A stretch of DNA of 40,995 bases from Mycoplasmataceae bacterium (GCA_020024735.1 JAHHTI010000001.1:1-40995), one strand, 5' to 3'; positions 1 through 11,608 are shown, counted from the stretch's first letter. Made by a program: numbers and translations. The notes: generated from the sequence alone by a model not told the origin.

Positions 1-110
1 TTCTACCTTGAGTTTAACAAAAAAATATAAATTTTACACGCTATTAGTCAAAATGATGGTTTTTCAGCAATAAACTGGGGAAATCCATTAGCACAAAATT
101 TATATATAAG

Positions 111-219
111 GATAAAGCACTACCAAATTAACTAACAAGGCAAAAATTTCATAAATAGTAAATTTATGAGACTCTAGATTAAATAACTCAAACTGGTAAC
201 AACAATCAAGTGCTTTATC
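111..219. repeat. 11-bp perfect inverted repeat (GATAAAGCACT 111-121 / AGTGCTTTATC 209-219) enclosing an inner AU-rich hairpin (TCATAAAT 149-156 / ATTTATGA 162-169)
   Basis: Read directly from the sequence. The region has no ORF longer than about 20 codons on either strand, even with TGA read as Trp. Confidence 0.6.
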
Positions 220-303
220 ATTAATGCAACATTAAATCTTATTTTTTAAAGAAGTTAGTTTATCAATAATATTGTTTATACCTGACTCATCACTCCCAAT
301 TTT

Positions 304-364
304 TTGCTATTATATTAGCAATTTTTAAGCAATAAGTCTAATTCTTGCTACTATATTAGCAATT
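304..364. repeat. Two copies of a 20-nt imperfect palindrome, TTGCTAyTATATTAGCAATT (304-323 and 345-364, one mismatch, 41 nt start to start)
   Basis: Direct sequence comparison. Each copy has the half-sites TTGCTA / TAGCAA separated by 6 nt. Copy 1 is followed by T5 on the plus strand. Confidence 0.7.
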
Positions 365-397
365 AATATGAAGTTATTTATAAAAACTAGCTTATTT

Positions 398-1612
398 CTA
401 AACTAATCCATTAAGAACATCTGATTTTTTAAATTTAGCTAAAGCATCAAATAATTTATCAAAATCTTCATAAGAAGTATAAATTGCTGTAGAAATTCTA
501 ACTACACCAACATCTTGAATAATGTCTTTCATTAATTTTGCACATGATAATCCTGAACGCACAATAATATTATTGTTACCTAAGTAGTGAGCTAAGTCTT
601 GAGGAAATACTCCTTTGTACTTAATAATAAAAGTAGAAGTATTGTAATCTTTATTTATTCATATTAAATCTGGGTTGTTCAAAGCTTCAAATTTTTTCTT
701 GAAATATTCTCAATTTTCTCTTTCTTTTTGAGCAATGTTATCATAACCAATTGCTTGTAAATATTCAATGGCTTTTAAAAAACCGTAGATACCAGCAATA
801 TGAGGTGTTCCTCCTTCAAACTTTTGTACTCCATTAATGTAACAAAAATCTTGTTCAGTAATGGTGGAATTCATTCCTCCACCATAACGTAAAGGATTGA
901 TAATTGATTGCAATGATTTCTTTACATAACATATTCCACTTCCTGTAGGACCATACATTTTATTAGAAGAAAAAGAAATGAAGTCAGCATCTCATTTTTT
1001 AGCATCACTTGGAGCGTGGACAATTCTTTGTGCAATATCAACTGATAAAATAATATCTTTGTTGTATGACTTTACAATTTCTGCAATTTTATCAACATCC
1101 ACTATAATTCCCGATAAATTACTCCCTCCAGTAATAGATACAACTTTAGTTTTTTCATTTAATAATTTCTTAATACTTTCGGTATTTACTGCTAAACCAT
1201 CTTGTTCTAAAAATCTAATTTTAATCCCCAATTCATCACGAAGTTCATATCAAGGTAATAAATTAGATGCATGTTCAATTCTTGTAAGAATAACTTCATC
1301 ATCCTTTTTTAATAAATGTTTGATTGATTGAGCTGTAAGCATTAATGATTCAGTGGCTCCTGAAGTAAAAATAACTTCTTCAGGTTCACAATTAATTAAT
1401 TTAGCAGCTGCCACACGACATTCAGTCATCACATGGTGTGCTTGGTGGCTAAATAAAGAATCATCGTTGTGAGGATTAGTAGCTTGTACTAAATAATATT
1501 CATTAATCGCATCAATCACACATTGTGGTTTTAGACTACCAGCAGCTGAGTCTAAAAAAGTAATATTAGGGTTGTTTTCAAATCATTTAAAATCTTTTTT
1601 ATAATCTTTCAT
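398..1612 (-). CDS. sufS: Cysteine desulfurase, SufS/Csd-type PLP enzyme (404 aa)
   Basis: Track ORFs 710-958, 992-1231 and 1250-1519 share one minus frame and join through TGA. ATG at 1612, TAG at 398-400. It has FSSNKMYGPTG (PLP-lysine motif) and VRSGLSCAK (catalytic Cys loop). N-terminus MKDYKKDFKWFENNPNITFLDSAAGS. Confidence 0.9.
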
Positions 1613-1656
1613 TTTCTTCTCTTTTCATTAAGGACACTACCTTTTATTTTATCTTA

Positions 1657-2244
1657 TTATTCATTTCATTTATCTAAAATTAATTGGTAATACGATTGTT
1701 TTTCTTGTTCACTAATTCCATCTAAACTCATATTAAATTTAGATCATATAATCATTGTTTTCGCATCATTGATTTTAATCCCTTTAACTAGTAAATTAAA
1801 AAGTTGTTCTTCACTAAATGTTCCCATAGTAACTCCATGTGTTGCATTAATTAAATTAGTTGAAAAATCATACATTGGCACACAACTAATTTTTCCACCA
1901 GCTGATGATATAATTCCTGAAACTTGCATATCAATTGCACTATCACAAATTTTTTGTGGATTAGTTCCACAAAGTTCAATTGTTGTTTTAACATTACCAA
2001 TAGTTAAACTATTAATATTCAACTTCACATCAATATTACTCTTTAGCAAATTAATCCTTACTTTAATTTGTTTATCCACATCATATGTACAAGATGAAAA
2101 GTTAATAATACAATTGCTAGATACATCAAAAGTCAAATCTATATCTAAGACCGTATTATGTAAATCAATAATATTAAAAATAACATCATCATTAATCACA
2201 ATATTAGGATTAATATCTTCTATTTTATTATTGATGATTTTCAT
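1657..2244 (-). CDS. Truncated SufB/SufD-family Fe-S assembly protein (~195 aa; alternative GTG start at 2256)
   Basis: Track ORF 1744-2256 continues through TGA codons at 1744 and 1666 to TAA at 1657-1659. The C-terminal motif HGVTMGTFSEEQLFNLLVKGI resembles the conserved SufB/D motif (A/H)TVG..DEEQLFYL..RGI. The start overlaps the sufC stop. Confidence 0.7.
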
Positions 2245-3049
2245 GCTTAGCCCCACAATTCATTAGGAAGTTGTCAGGTTTATTATTGATTAAAGTAATA
2301 TTATGAGACTTAAAGAATTTTAAAAAACCTTTATCAAATATTTCATAAGCTAGTGAAATATCACCTTCCTTAACTAATTGACCATTGGCAACAACAATTA
2401 CTCGATGTGGATTTAATTTATCAATTAATGTTTTATTGTGAGTAATAAAAATAACTGTTTTTTTAAGAACAATTTGTTCTTTAATAATGTCAGCAATTAA
2501 ATTTAAAGTATCAATATCTAATCCTGAATCTATTTCATCTAAAAGTATGGTATCTGGATTTAACAATAGCATCTGCACAATTTCGTTTTTCTTTTTTTCT
2601 CCACCAGAAAAACCATCATTAACTGATCTTGTAAGAATTTCATCAGTAAAGTGTAATTTGTTTAATGCTCCATTGATTTTTTTATATATCTCAGCAATTT
2701 TTAATGGTTCATTACTATAAGCATTTAAAATAGATTTATACAAATCGATTTGTGACACACCTGGGATTTCAATTGGATTTTGAGTACAATAAAATACTTT
2801 GTGATGAGCAATTTCATCTGGTGATAAATGAGTAATATCAGTTTCATCTAATAAGATACTACCTGTTTTAACTAATGAATAATGATTAATAATTGATTTT
2901 AAAATAGTTGATTTCCCATGACCATTAGGTCCTAAAATTGCTACTACTTCGCCTTCTTTAATATCTAGGTTAAAATCTTGAATAATATTTTTTTCACCAA
3001 TGTTAACAAATAAATTTTTAATGCTGAATTTCATATTGAAATTATACAT
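2228..3049 (-). CDS. sufC: Fe-S cluster assembly ATPase SufC (273 aa; possible alternative ATG at 3034)
   Basis: Walker A GPNGHGKST, ABC signature FSGGEKKKNE, Walker B ILLDEIDSGLD, H-loop ITHN. True TAA stop at 2228-2230. Confidence 0.9.
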   Translation of the reverse strand: MYNFNMKFSIKNLFVNIGEKNIIQDFNLDIKEGEVVAILGPNGHGKSTILKSIINHYSLVKTGSILLDETDITHLSPDEIAHHKVFYCTQNPIEIPGVSQIDLYKSILNAYSNEPLKIAEIYKKINGALNKLHFTDEILTRSVNDGFSGGEKKKNEIVQMLLLNPDTILLDEIDSGLDIDTLNLIADIIKEQIVLKKTVIFITHNKTLIDKLNPHRVIVVANGQLVKEGDISLAYEIFDKGFLKFFKSHNITLINNKPDNFLMNCGAKHENHQ

Positions 3050-3107
3050 TATTGATTTTGGCTATTTAATAAAATCAATATGGTGCAATGAGCTTATTAT
3101 AAAAACA

Positions 3108-4604
3108 ATGAATTTTTCCAACATGAAAAAACGGAAAAGATTAAAATATATTATTATGTCGTATACATCTGTATTTAATCATCCATCAACCATTGCATTT
3201 GGAGTGACAACAATTATTGTGATATTATCAATAGTTGGTTTTTCAATAGCACAAATTTATTGTAAGAAATTGGCTATTATCAATAAAAGAAGACTGAATG
3301 GTATTTGCTTAATAACAGGAATGATTATTGGAATATGTATGGCAAGTACTAACCATTTTCAAATCTTCCACGAAAATAACAATGATGCAATATATCGGGA
3401 TGATGTTTACTATATAGCTGGATTAGCTAACTTATGTATTAGCATTTTGTTATTAGGTTTTTTAATTTTTATCCCAATAAAAACTGTCTTAAATGTTAAC
3501 CGTTTTAGTCATTATGAGAATTGAAAAAATAAACTTTTGAAATTTAGTTTTATCTATTTATTTTATGGTGCATTAGCCATTGGTGTTTCTATGTTAATGT
3601 ATCCTTTGTCTTTTACTTTTTTAAGTGAAAAAACTAGTTCAGATTTTAGTTTTGCATCAACTCCACTTTCAACAAAAATATGAAGTCAAGATCATACAAC
3701 TCTTATCACTAAACCTACTATTTATGTTATTGGCAGTTATCTTCTAATTAATCTTTTGCAAGTTAAAAATCCTTACTTTACATTGGCTTTTTTTATTTAT
3801 TTAATTGTGAATTTTATCATTGCAATAATTGTGACAAAATGTAAAAAAACTCATCAATGAAATCAAAGTTTTCATCATATGGAAAAGGCAAATGTTATTA
3901 TTGATAAAGTACTTTCGGTGATTAGTACCATCTTTACTTTCATCGCCATTATCGCTTGTATTATGGTGCAACCTTTAGGAACAGTCCTAAGATTCTGCTT
4001 GATTTTAATATTAGTTACAATTTTGTTTTTATGTATTTTTTCAAGTAATGTTTTTTGAGTTTGATGCCACCGTGGAATCAAGACCAAAGAGTTTTTTATT
4101 CAAAGCAAAGAAGCTTTTGTAATTGTCTTGAAAGAACCTCTACAAAAAGATTTTATTCAATGCTTAAAAAAGAACCATCGATTAAATTGTTACGAATCTA
4201 AACAGGAAGAACAAATGTTCTATACTATCTTCATTACTGCAATATATTCTATTATTATTGTTGCTTATTTAGGTTTCAGTGCTGGGCCTTTACATTCTGG
4301 ATATTTAAACTATGTGAATGCAGACAATGAAGTTATCCATAAACCATTTCATTTATGACAACACGTAATCTTTTGAATATCACTATATATAATTGGTTAT
4401 GGTTTATCTTTCCTTTACTCTTTCCAACACGATGATGGTGCTGATTTTAGAATGATGCTCTCGGGTGCTGCGCCTTTTATCCACTCTGGATATAATACTG
4501 GTATTTTGAATTACTTTAATACTTATATTGATAAATTAGCAATGTTTTCTAGTTACACTACCTTTATTTCCATAAAATCTAAGTCTAATAAGTTAAAATG
4601 TTAA
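3108..4604 (+). CDS. Polytopic integral membrane protein of unknown function (498 aa)
   Basis: Track ORFs 3000-3524 and 4128-4358 are in the same frame. A hand walk of 3525-4127 and 4359-4604 shows only TGA interruptions (3522, 3681, 3858, 4056, 4062, 4356, 4374), with TAA at 4602-4604. There are many long hydrophobic segments. Confidence 0.7.
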
Positions 4605-4614
4605 TTAATAATAT

Positions 4615-4688
4615 AGGAGTGTAGTTCAATGGTAGAACACTGGTCTCCAAAACCATTTATGAGGGTTCAATTCCTTTCACTCCTGCCA
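4615..4688 (+). tRNA. trnW: tRNA-Trp, anticodon CCA (74 nt, 3' CCA encoded)
   Basis: Cloverleaf read by hand. Acceptor AGGAGTG/CACTCCT, D arm GTTC-AATGGTA-GAAC, anticodon arm CTGGT-CTCCAAA-ACCAT, variable loop TTAT, T arm GAGGG-TTCAATT-CCTTT, discriminator G, then CCA. Confidence 0.9.
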
Positions 4689-4700
4689 TTTTAAACAAAG

Positions 4701-4722
4701 AAACCAACCTCAGGGTTGGTTT
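4701..4722. terminator. Bidirectional intrinsic terminator hairpin (AAACCAACC-TCAG-GGTTGGTTT)
   Basis: A 9-bp perfect stem, followed by TTCTTTT on the plus strand and by CTTTGTTT on the minus strand. It lies between the tRNA-Trp 3' end (4688) and the stop of the convergent glycosyltransferase (4728). Confidence 0.65.
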
Positions 4723-4727
4723 TTCTT

Positions 4728-5498
4728 TTAACTAATTAGCATTTTAAAGAACTGTTTTAATAAGAAGCGGTTATTGCGACTTTTTGATTTTTTCATTACT
4801 ACTTCGCCTTCGTGATGCTGACGTTGATATACATATGTTGGTACTTCAATAATTTTCATTTTGAATTTTTTCACCATATGAGCAATAGATGCTATTTCCA
4901 CTTCTAACTGTGGATGTTTAACATAGGCTTCCATTGCTGTTCAGTTATACATTCTTAAACTACAAGTAGGATCACTAATATGATTACGGGTTTTAATAAA
5001 AAATAGTGTATTCAAAACCTTTTGTAAAGGTTTTTTCTTATTGGTAACTTCATTTTCATTATCATTAGAAATAAAACGAGATGAAGTTACAATATCATAA
5101 CCCTTTAAGGCAAAGAAAAATAATTTACCAATATCAGCTGCGTTATATTGACTATCGCCATCAAATTCTAATACATACTTATAATTATTCCGAATAGCAT
5201 ATTCCACACCAATCCGAAAAGTTTTAGATAATCCTAAATTTTTATCGTTATGAATGACATTTCAACCCTTGTCTTGACAAATCTTTAAAGTATCGTCGGT
5301 TGAACAATCATCAATGATTAAATAATTAAAGTTCCCGTGTTTTAATAATTCGTTAATAGTATGTTCAATGTTTTGTGCTTCATTATAGCAAGGAACAATG
5401 ATAAGTAATTCTTCTAAATTAGGCAATGATTGTAAATCAATCGCTTTAGTCAAATTGCTGATAATATGAAAATTACTTGTTACTTTTTGGTTATTCAT
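4728..5498 (-). CDS. Family 2 glycosyltransferase (256 aa)
   Basis: Track ORFs 4728-4934, 4941-5207 and 5262-5498 share one frame and join by TGA. It has LIIVPCYNEAQNI, IIDDCSTDDT and EFDGDSQ (DxD-type) motifs typical of GT-A/GT2 enzymes. The start is 8 nt after the gyrA stop. Confidence 0.85.
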
Positions 5499-5506
5499 AA
5501 AGTTAT

Positions 5507-8035
5507 TTAGTTATTTTCTGTATTTGTTTCTGGAACATCACTAGTTTCACTATTTTCCATTGGTAAATCTTCTTCATTAGACTTGAAAATAGCAACAGAT
5601 TGGATTTTTTCTTTATCTTCTAGATTCATTAATTTAACTCCAGAAGTGTTTCTTGAAATTTGAGAAATTTGAGCAATTGGCATTCTAATAATTTTTCCTG
5701 TAGTAGTAATTAATAATAATTCTTCATCACCATTACATAATTTGATAGAAGCTAACTTTCCAGTTTTTTCATTGATTTTTAAAGTTGTGACACCTTTAGC
5801 TCCACGGTTAGTTAATCTATAGTCATTACGATCAGTTAATTTACCAACACCTTTTTCACCTACTGATAAAACAAAGTTTCCATCAGAAGACATTCCTGAA
5901 CCCACAACTTTTTCTTTATCAGTTAAATTAATAGCTCTTACCCCACTAGCAGTTCTTCCCATATCTCTCACAAGATTTTCATCAAATCTTACTAATTTAC
6001 CATTGCTTGCACCAACATATAGTTCACTCTTACCATCAGTAATGTGAACAGCAAATAATTTGTCTCCTTCTTTTAAAGTAATGGCAATCTTTCCATTGGT
6101 TCTAATACTTTCAAAGTTTTCTAAATTAGAACGTTTTGAAATTCCTTGTTCAGTAATGAACATCAAATATCCATCTTTATAATTATCAATTGGTAACATT
6201 GATAAAATTTGTTCGCCTTTTTCAATATTAATAATATTGATAGCCGGAATTCCTTTAGATTGTCTTGAACCAGGAGGAACTTGGTGAGCTCGAATACGAT
6301 ATACCTTTCCAGTTTCAGTGAAGAACAATAAGTCGGTATGAGTGGTAGTAACAATAATTTTTTCTACATCATCATCTTCATTAGTTTTTACACCTTGAAC
6401 TCCAACCCCACCTCTTCTTTGAGTACGGTAAGTATCAATTGGTAATCTTTTTAAATATCCTCTACGGCTCATTGTAATAACAATATCTTGAACAGGAATT
6501 AAATCTTCATCATCGATATCTGCAGATTCTCCGTAAAGAATTTCAGTCTTTCTTTCATCACCATATTTTTCTTTTAAGTAGTCTAATTGTTCACAAATAA
6601 TTGCAACTTGACGTGATTTATTAGCAAGGATATCTTTAATATCAGCAATTAAATTGTTTAAATCTTCTAATTCTTTTTCTAGTTTTTCTCTTTCAAGACC
6701 AGATAAAGATCTTAATTTCATATCTAGAATAGCTTTGGCTTGAATTTCAGTTAATGCAAAAGTACTCATTAATTTAGTTTGAGCTTCTTCATTATTAGCA
6801 GCATTTTTGATAATGGCAATTACTTCATCAATATTCTTGTTAGCAATTGTTAATCCTAAAACAATATGGGCTCTTTCTTCAGCTTTCTTTAAATCAAATG
6901 TATATCTTCTTTGTAACACTTCATATTGGTGTTTTAAGTAGACTTCTAACATTTCTTTCATATTTAGGATACGAGGAACACCATCCACTAATGCTAAGTT
7001 GTTAACTGAGAAATTAGTTTGTAGTTGAGTCATCTTAAATAGCTTATTTAAAAGTACTTCAGGTACAACATCTCGTTTGGTTTCAATAATCACTCTAATC
7101 CCATCTCTAGAAGATTCATCTCTTAAATCAGCAATTCCGTCAATTTGTTCATCCTTAACTAATTCCACAATCTTATTAATTAAGTTAGATTTATTTACCA
7201 TATATGGAATTTCAGTAATCACAATTGCTGATTTATTATTATCTAATTCTTCTATTTCATATTTAGATCTGATGGTAATAGAACCTTTCCCAGTATTGAA
7301 ATAATCATGAATTCCAAATTCACCAACAATTTCAGCTCCTGTAGGGAAATCAGGTCCTTTAATATATTCCATCAATTCTGAAATACTGATTTCTTCATTA
7401 TTAGCTAAAGCTTTAGCTGCATCACAAATTTCATTTAAAGCATGTGGTGGCATATTAGTAGCCATCCCAACAGCAATCCCACTTGAACCATTAGCTAATA
7501 AGTTAGGAAAGATTGAAGGTAATACATTAGGTTCTTGTTCACTACCATCATAGTTATCTACAAAATCTACAGTATCTTTATCAATATACTTTAATAGTTC
7601 AGAAGAAATCTTTGATAATCTAGCTTCTGTATACCGCATTGCAGCAGCATTATCACCATCAATTGACCCAAAGTTTCCATGTCCATCAATTAGAGTATAT
7701 CTCATTGAGAAGTCTTGTGCCATTCTAACCATTGTTTGGTAAGCAGCTGTATCACCATGAGGGTGGAACTTTCCAATTACTTCCCCAACTAGTCTAGCTG
7801 ACTTTTTATGTGGTTTATCGTAAGTCATTCCTAGAATATGTGCTGCATATAAAACTCTTCTATGCACAGGTTTAAACCCATCACGAGCATCTGGAAGGGC
7901 TCTAGCGACAATAACTGACATCGCATATTCCATAAATGAGTTTTCAAGTTCACTAGTAATTGGTTGTTCTTTAACAATTGTTTTCGCTAATTGCGCTTGT
8001 ATTTCTTCTGAAGATAGTCTTCCTTTTTTTGCCAT
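5507..8035 (-). CDS. gyrA: DNA gyrase subunit A (842 aa)
   Basis: Uninterrupted ORF. Motifs include [43 protein letters not shown] and [10 protein letters not shown] (active-site Tyr region). Confidence 0.97.
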   Translation of the reverse strand: MAKKGRLSSEEIQAQLAKTIVKEQPITSELENSFMEYAMSVIVARALPDARDGFKPVHRRVLYAAHILGMTYDKPHKKSARLVGEVIGKFHPHGDTAAYQTMVRMAQDFSMRYTLIDGHGNFGSIDGDNAAAMRYTEARLSKISSELLKYIDKDTVDFVDNYDGSEQEPNVLPSIFPNLLANGSSGIAVGMATNMPPHALNEICDAAKALANNEEISISELMEYIKGPDFPTGAEIVGEFGIHDYFNTGKGSITIRSKYEIEELDNNKSAIVITEIPYMVNKSNLINKIVELVKDEQIDGIADLRDESSRDGIRVIIETKRDVVPEVLLNKLFKMTQLQTNFSVNNLALVDGVPRILNMKEMLEVYLKHQYEVLQRRYTFDLKKAEERAHIVLGLTIANKNIDEVIAIIKNAANNEEAQTKLMSTFALTEIQAKAILDMKLRSLSGLEREKLEKELEDLNNLIADIKDILANKSRQVAIICEQLDYLKEKYGDERKTEILYGESADIDDEDLIPVQDIVITMSRRGYLKRLPIDTYRTQRRGGVGVQGVKTNEDDDVEKIIVTTTHTDLLFFTETGKVYRIRAHQVPPGSRQSKGIPAINIINIEKGEQILSMLPIDNYKDGYLMFITEQGISKRSNLENFESIRTNGKIAITLKEGDKLFAVHITDGKSELYVGASNGKLVRFDENLVRDMGRTASGVRAINLTDKEKVVGSGMSSDGNFVLSVGEKGVGKLTDRNDYRLTNRGAKGVTTLKINEKTGKLASIKLCNGDEELLLITTTGKIIRMPIAQISQISRNTSGVKLMNLEDKEKIQSVAIFKSNEEDLPMENSETSDVPETNTENN

Positions 8036-8054
8036 AAATTATTGCTCCTCTCTC

Positions 8055-10022
8055 TTATGCATCAATATTCTTTACATATTTAGCATTCTTTTCAATGAAG
8101 TCTTTTCTTGGTGCAACATCATCACCCATCAATAAACTAAATTGTCTATCTGCTTTAATTGCATCATCAATAGAAACTTGTAGTAACACTCTATTTTCTG
8201 GATTCATAGTAGTTTCTCATAATTGTTCAGGATTCATTTCCCCTAAACCTTTATATCTTTGAATTGAATATCTAGCATTACCTAATTCATCTTTAATTTT
8301 CTTTAGTTCTTCATCACTATATGCATATTTCACAGTTTTACCAATAGTGAATTTATACAATGGAGGTTGTGCTATATAAACATTCCCATTTTGAATTAAT
8401 TGAATCATATATCGATAGAAGAAAGTTAACATTAAAATTCGAATATGTGCACCATCGACATCGGCATCGGTCATAATGATAATCTTGTTGTATCTTAATT
8501 TATTAATATCAAATTCAGGTCCAACTCCAGCACCAATGGCAGTAATCATATAGATAATTTCATCATTTTGGAAGATTTTGTCAGTCTTAGCTTTTTCTAC
8601 ATTTAAGATTTTACCTTTAAGTGGCAGAATAGCTTGGTATTCTCTTTCTCGACCTGTTTTAGCTGAACCACCCGCTGAATCCCCTTCGACTATATAGATT
8701 TCTGAAACAGAAGGATCTCTTGATGAACAATCAGCTAATTTACCAGGCAATGAATTAGATTCAAATGGAGATTTTCTTCGAGTAGCTTCTCTCGCTTCAT
8801 GAGATTTTTTTCTCGCTTCCATTGCTAATAAAACTTTTTGTACTAGCATTTTTCCTTCTTCAGGATTTTCTAGCATAAACTTTTCAAAAATTTCACTCAC
8901 AATTCCATTTACAAATTGTCTTACTTCAGTGTTTCCTAACTTACCTTTAGTTTGACCTTGATATTGTGGGTTTGGGTGCTTAATAGAAATAATAGCAGTT
9001 AAACCTTCAACAACATCGTCTCGAGTGATTTTGTCATCACCTTCTTTCATATATTTTCATTCTAATGCAAAACGGTTAAACACTTTTGTTAGAGCTAATC
9101 TAAAACCTTCTTCATGTGTTCCACCTTCATGGGTATTAATGTTATTACAGAAAGAGTGTAATGAGTTATTATAAGTTTTGTTATATTGGAAAGCCACTTC
9201 ACAACGAATACTATAAGATTCATCAGTTGGTGAATTAGGAATTTTAGCATTTCCTTCTAATTCTCCATAAACGATATCAGGAATTAAAGCTTCTTTATCA
9301 CGGTTAAGGTCCATTACATATTCCTTTAAACCACCTTCAAAGTTTCATTCAAATTTATCACCACTAACTTCTGAAATAAATTTAAAAGTAATGCCTTTGT
9401 TTAAATAAGCAAGTTCTTTTAATCTTTCAGTAATTCTACTTTCCACTCAATCATTTTTTTCCATAATGGTAAAGTCTGGTAAAAATTCAATAATGGTTCC
9501 GTGTTCCTTTTCACTAGTACCAATTTCTTTCAATTCTCCCATTGGTTTCCCACCATCTTTAAATTCCATAAAGTGTTCTTTGTGGTCAATTGAAACTCAA
9601 ACCTTTAAAGAAGAACTTAAAGCGTTTACAACTGAAGCCCCAACCCCATGTAATCCACCTGATACTTTATATGAACTATTATCAAACTTACCACCAGCAT
9701 GTAATACTGTTAAAACAGTTTCTACCCCTGATTTTCCAGTTTTCTTAATAATTCCTACCGGAATCCCTCTACCATCATCTTCAACCCTAATCGCACCATC
9801 TTTTTTTACAGTTAGTGTCACAGTAGTAGCAAAACCTGCCATTGCTTCATCCACAGAGTTGTCCACAATTTCTCAGATCATGTGGTGTAAACCTTTGTCA
9901 TCGGTTGAACCAATATACATCCCAGGTCTAACTCTAACGGGTTGTAATCCTTCCAAAACTTCAAGACTATCAGCATTATATTCGCTAGCAGCTTTATTTA
10001 CTTTATCTTGTTCGTTACTCAT
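8055..10022 (-). CDS. gyrB: DNA gyrase subunit B (655 aa)
   Basis: Track ORFs 8217-9050, 9057-9314 and 9597-9866 are in one frame. ATG at 10022 is preceded by GGAGG, and TAA is at 8055-8057. Motifs: [31 protein letters not shown] (W = TGA), [23 protein letters not shown]-terminus [14 protein letters not shown]. Confidence 0.95.
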
Positions 10023-10034
10023 AATTCCTCCAAA

Positions 10035-10259
10035 TTATTTTTTAATAGTGTAGATTACCCCTTGGATACTAATGGTATCTCCAGGATAAAGTTTTCTACC
10101 TCTACGAATGTCTTTTTGCCCATTCACAAGCACATCATTATTACTTAAGAAAATCTTTGCTTCATTCCCCATAGCAATAATGCCTTTATATTTCAGCATT
10201 TGCCCTAGAGTAATAAATTCAGTAGAAATTAATACCTCTTCGTTCTTACTTGCTGCCAT
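10035..10259 (-). CDS. yaaA: S4-domain RNA-binding protein, YaaA-like (74 aa)
   Basis: A small ORF between dnaN and gyrB, the position it holds in Firmicutes. The pattern ITLGQMLKYKGII....AKIFLSNNDVLVNGQKDIRRGRKLYPGD matches the S4 alpha-L motif. Confidence 0.8.
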   Translation of the reverse strand: MAASKNEEVLISTEFITLGQMLKYKGIIAMGNEAKIFLSNNDVLVNGQKDIRRGRKLYPGDTISIQGVIYTIKK

Positions 10260-10474
10260 AATATAAATTTATTTATATTATATAATAATTTATAAAATAT
10301 TAATTAATTAATATTTTGAATACTTTTGATAATCTCATTAAAATAGCATTTTTCTTAATGAGAGAAAAAAGCCGGTTAAATTTCATCTTTTTGTATTTTT
10401 TAATACATTAGTATATTTATGCTATTTCTACGCTTCTTAGATATATTTATGTTAATCACAGAGTATTTTTGTAA

Positions 10475-11608
10475 TTAAGCACTTCTTAATGGCAGCACAA
10501 GGTGCTTTAAGTCAGTGTTATCTTTTTGAGAAATGATCATTGGAGAATTTTCACTAAATTTAATTTCTAGTGTGTCTTCTGCATCGTAAACTCTCAAAAT
10601 AGGGATTAATAACTTGGTATTGACAAGACAATTTAAGTTAACACCATTAAATGTTTCTCACTTAGTAGATTCATAAGAAGAACCAAAATCTAGTGATTGG
10701 TATCTAATTTCAATTTTATTTTCATCCACAGTAATTTTAGCTGTAGGAACTTTTTCATTTTGTACTAAAGAAGCACCACTTTCAAGAATGTTTAATAAAT
10801 TTTTTGCTTTCACCGTAAACTTTGAATTTAATTCTTTTTCAAAATGGTTGTAAATGTTAGGATAATTACCTGCTAAAGATAATCTTACTAGAACAATGGT
10901 ATTGTCTCACTTGAAAAATAGTTTTTCATGTGACAAGAATACTTCAATATTTTCTGCTTTAATTGCATTATCAATCACATTTTTTAAACTTGAAGGTTCT
11001 ATAATAAATTCAAATTTTTGATTTAAAGTGTTTGGTAATAATAAATATGATGCACGAAAACTATCAGTGGAAAGAATAGCAATATTATTATCTCTAGTTT
11101 CGAAATGAATACCACCTAAAATAATTGATGGACTAGACATTTCAATATTGCTAGCAACAGTTACGTTGGTTTCATTATAAATAGCTGCTAACTGAGTAGG
11201 TTTTAAATCCATAATCTTATTAGCAATCTTGTATTCTTCAAATCTAAATTCTGGATATTGCATTGCTTCGCTTAGATTAATGTTGCAATCAAAAGATTCT
11301 TCATTGCTAATTCTTAAAGTCGAATCAATTTTTTCAAAGACTACTTGCTTAACATTTAATTTAGATAGCACACCAACAAAGATTTTAGCCCGAACACAAA
11401 AGGCAAAATCTTCATCAGCTGAAATGTTATCAATAGATTGAAAAAAAGCAATTCTTTCATTAGCATAGGTAAAATTTATCTTATTGTTATTGGCATCCAC
11501 TTGGACTAGAATACAAGCTAAAATAGGATTCAAACTTGCTTCATTAACAATTGCAGAGGAAGATTTAATAATATCTTGAATTTGCTTTTTTTCTAACCGA
11601 AATTTCAT
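10475..11608 (-). CDS. dnaN: DNA polymerase III beta sliding clamp (377 aa)
   Basis: Track ORF 10907-11608 continues through TGA at 10907 and 10658 to TAA at 10475-10477 (gap walked codon by codon). N-terminus MKFRLEKKQIQDIIKSSSAIVNEASLNPILACILV. Size and gene context are typical of DnaN. Confidence 0.88.

Noticed and set aside
1-72. An open plus-strand frame at the left window edge (…STLSLTKKYKFYTLLVKMMVFQQ, stop at 70-72) could be the 3' end of an upstream gene.
   Set aside because: Only 23 codons are visible and there is no recognisable motif. It cannot be distinguished from chance in this window.
710-1519. sufS and most other genes look broken into 2-10 pieces, which could suggest pseudogenes or massive gene decay.
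   Set aside because: All fragments of each gene are in one frame and are separated only by TGA. Conserved Trp positions coincide with TGA. The genes are intact under translation table 4.
9466-10053. Long ORFs lie antisense to real genes: 195 aa opposite gyrB, plus 978-1331 and 1769-2266 opposite sufS/sufD-like, 30258-30734 opposite dnaX, 36691-36918 opposite topA and 38845-39030 opposite smpB.
   Set aside because: These are shadow ORFs, typical of AT-rich genomes. Their products are low-complexity Ser/Leu/Ile/Phe-rich sequences. They are fully overlapped by genes with strong motif support on the other strand, and no RBS or motif evidence supports them.
10260-10474. The AT-rich dnaN-yaaA spacer could be oriC with DnaA boxes, and its hairpin 10333-10363 could be the dnaN terminator.
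   Set aside because: I found only one weak DnaA-box-like 9-mer (TTAATCACA at 10452-10460, two mismatches to TTATCCACA) and no cluster. The hairpin lacks a downstream U-tract on the minus strand. This is not enough to call an origin or a terminator.
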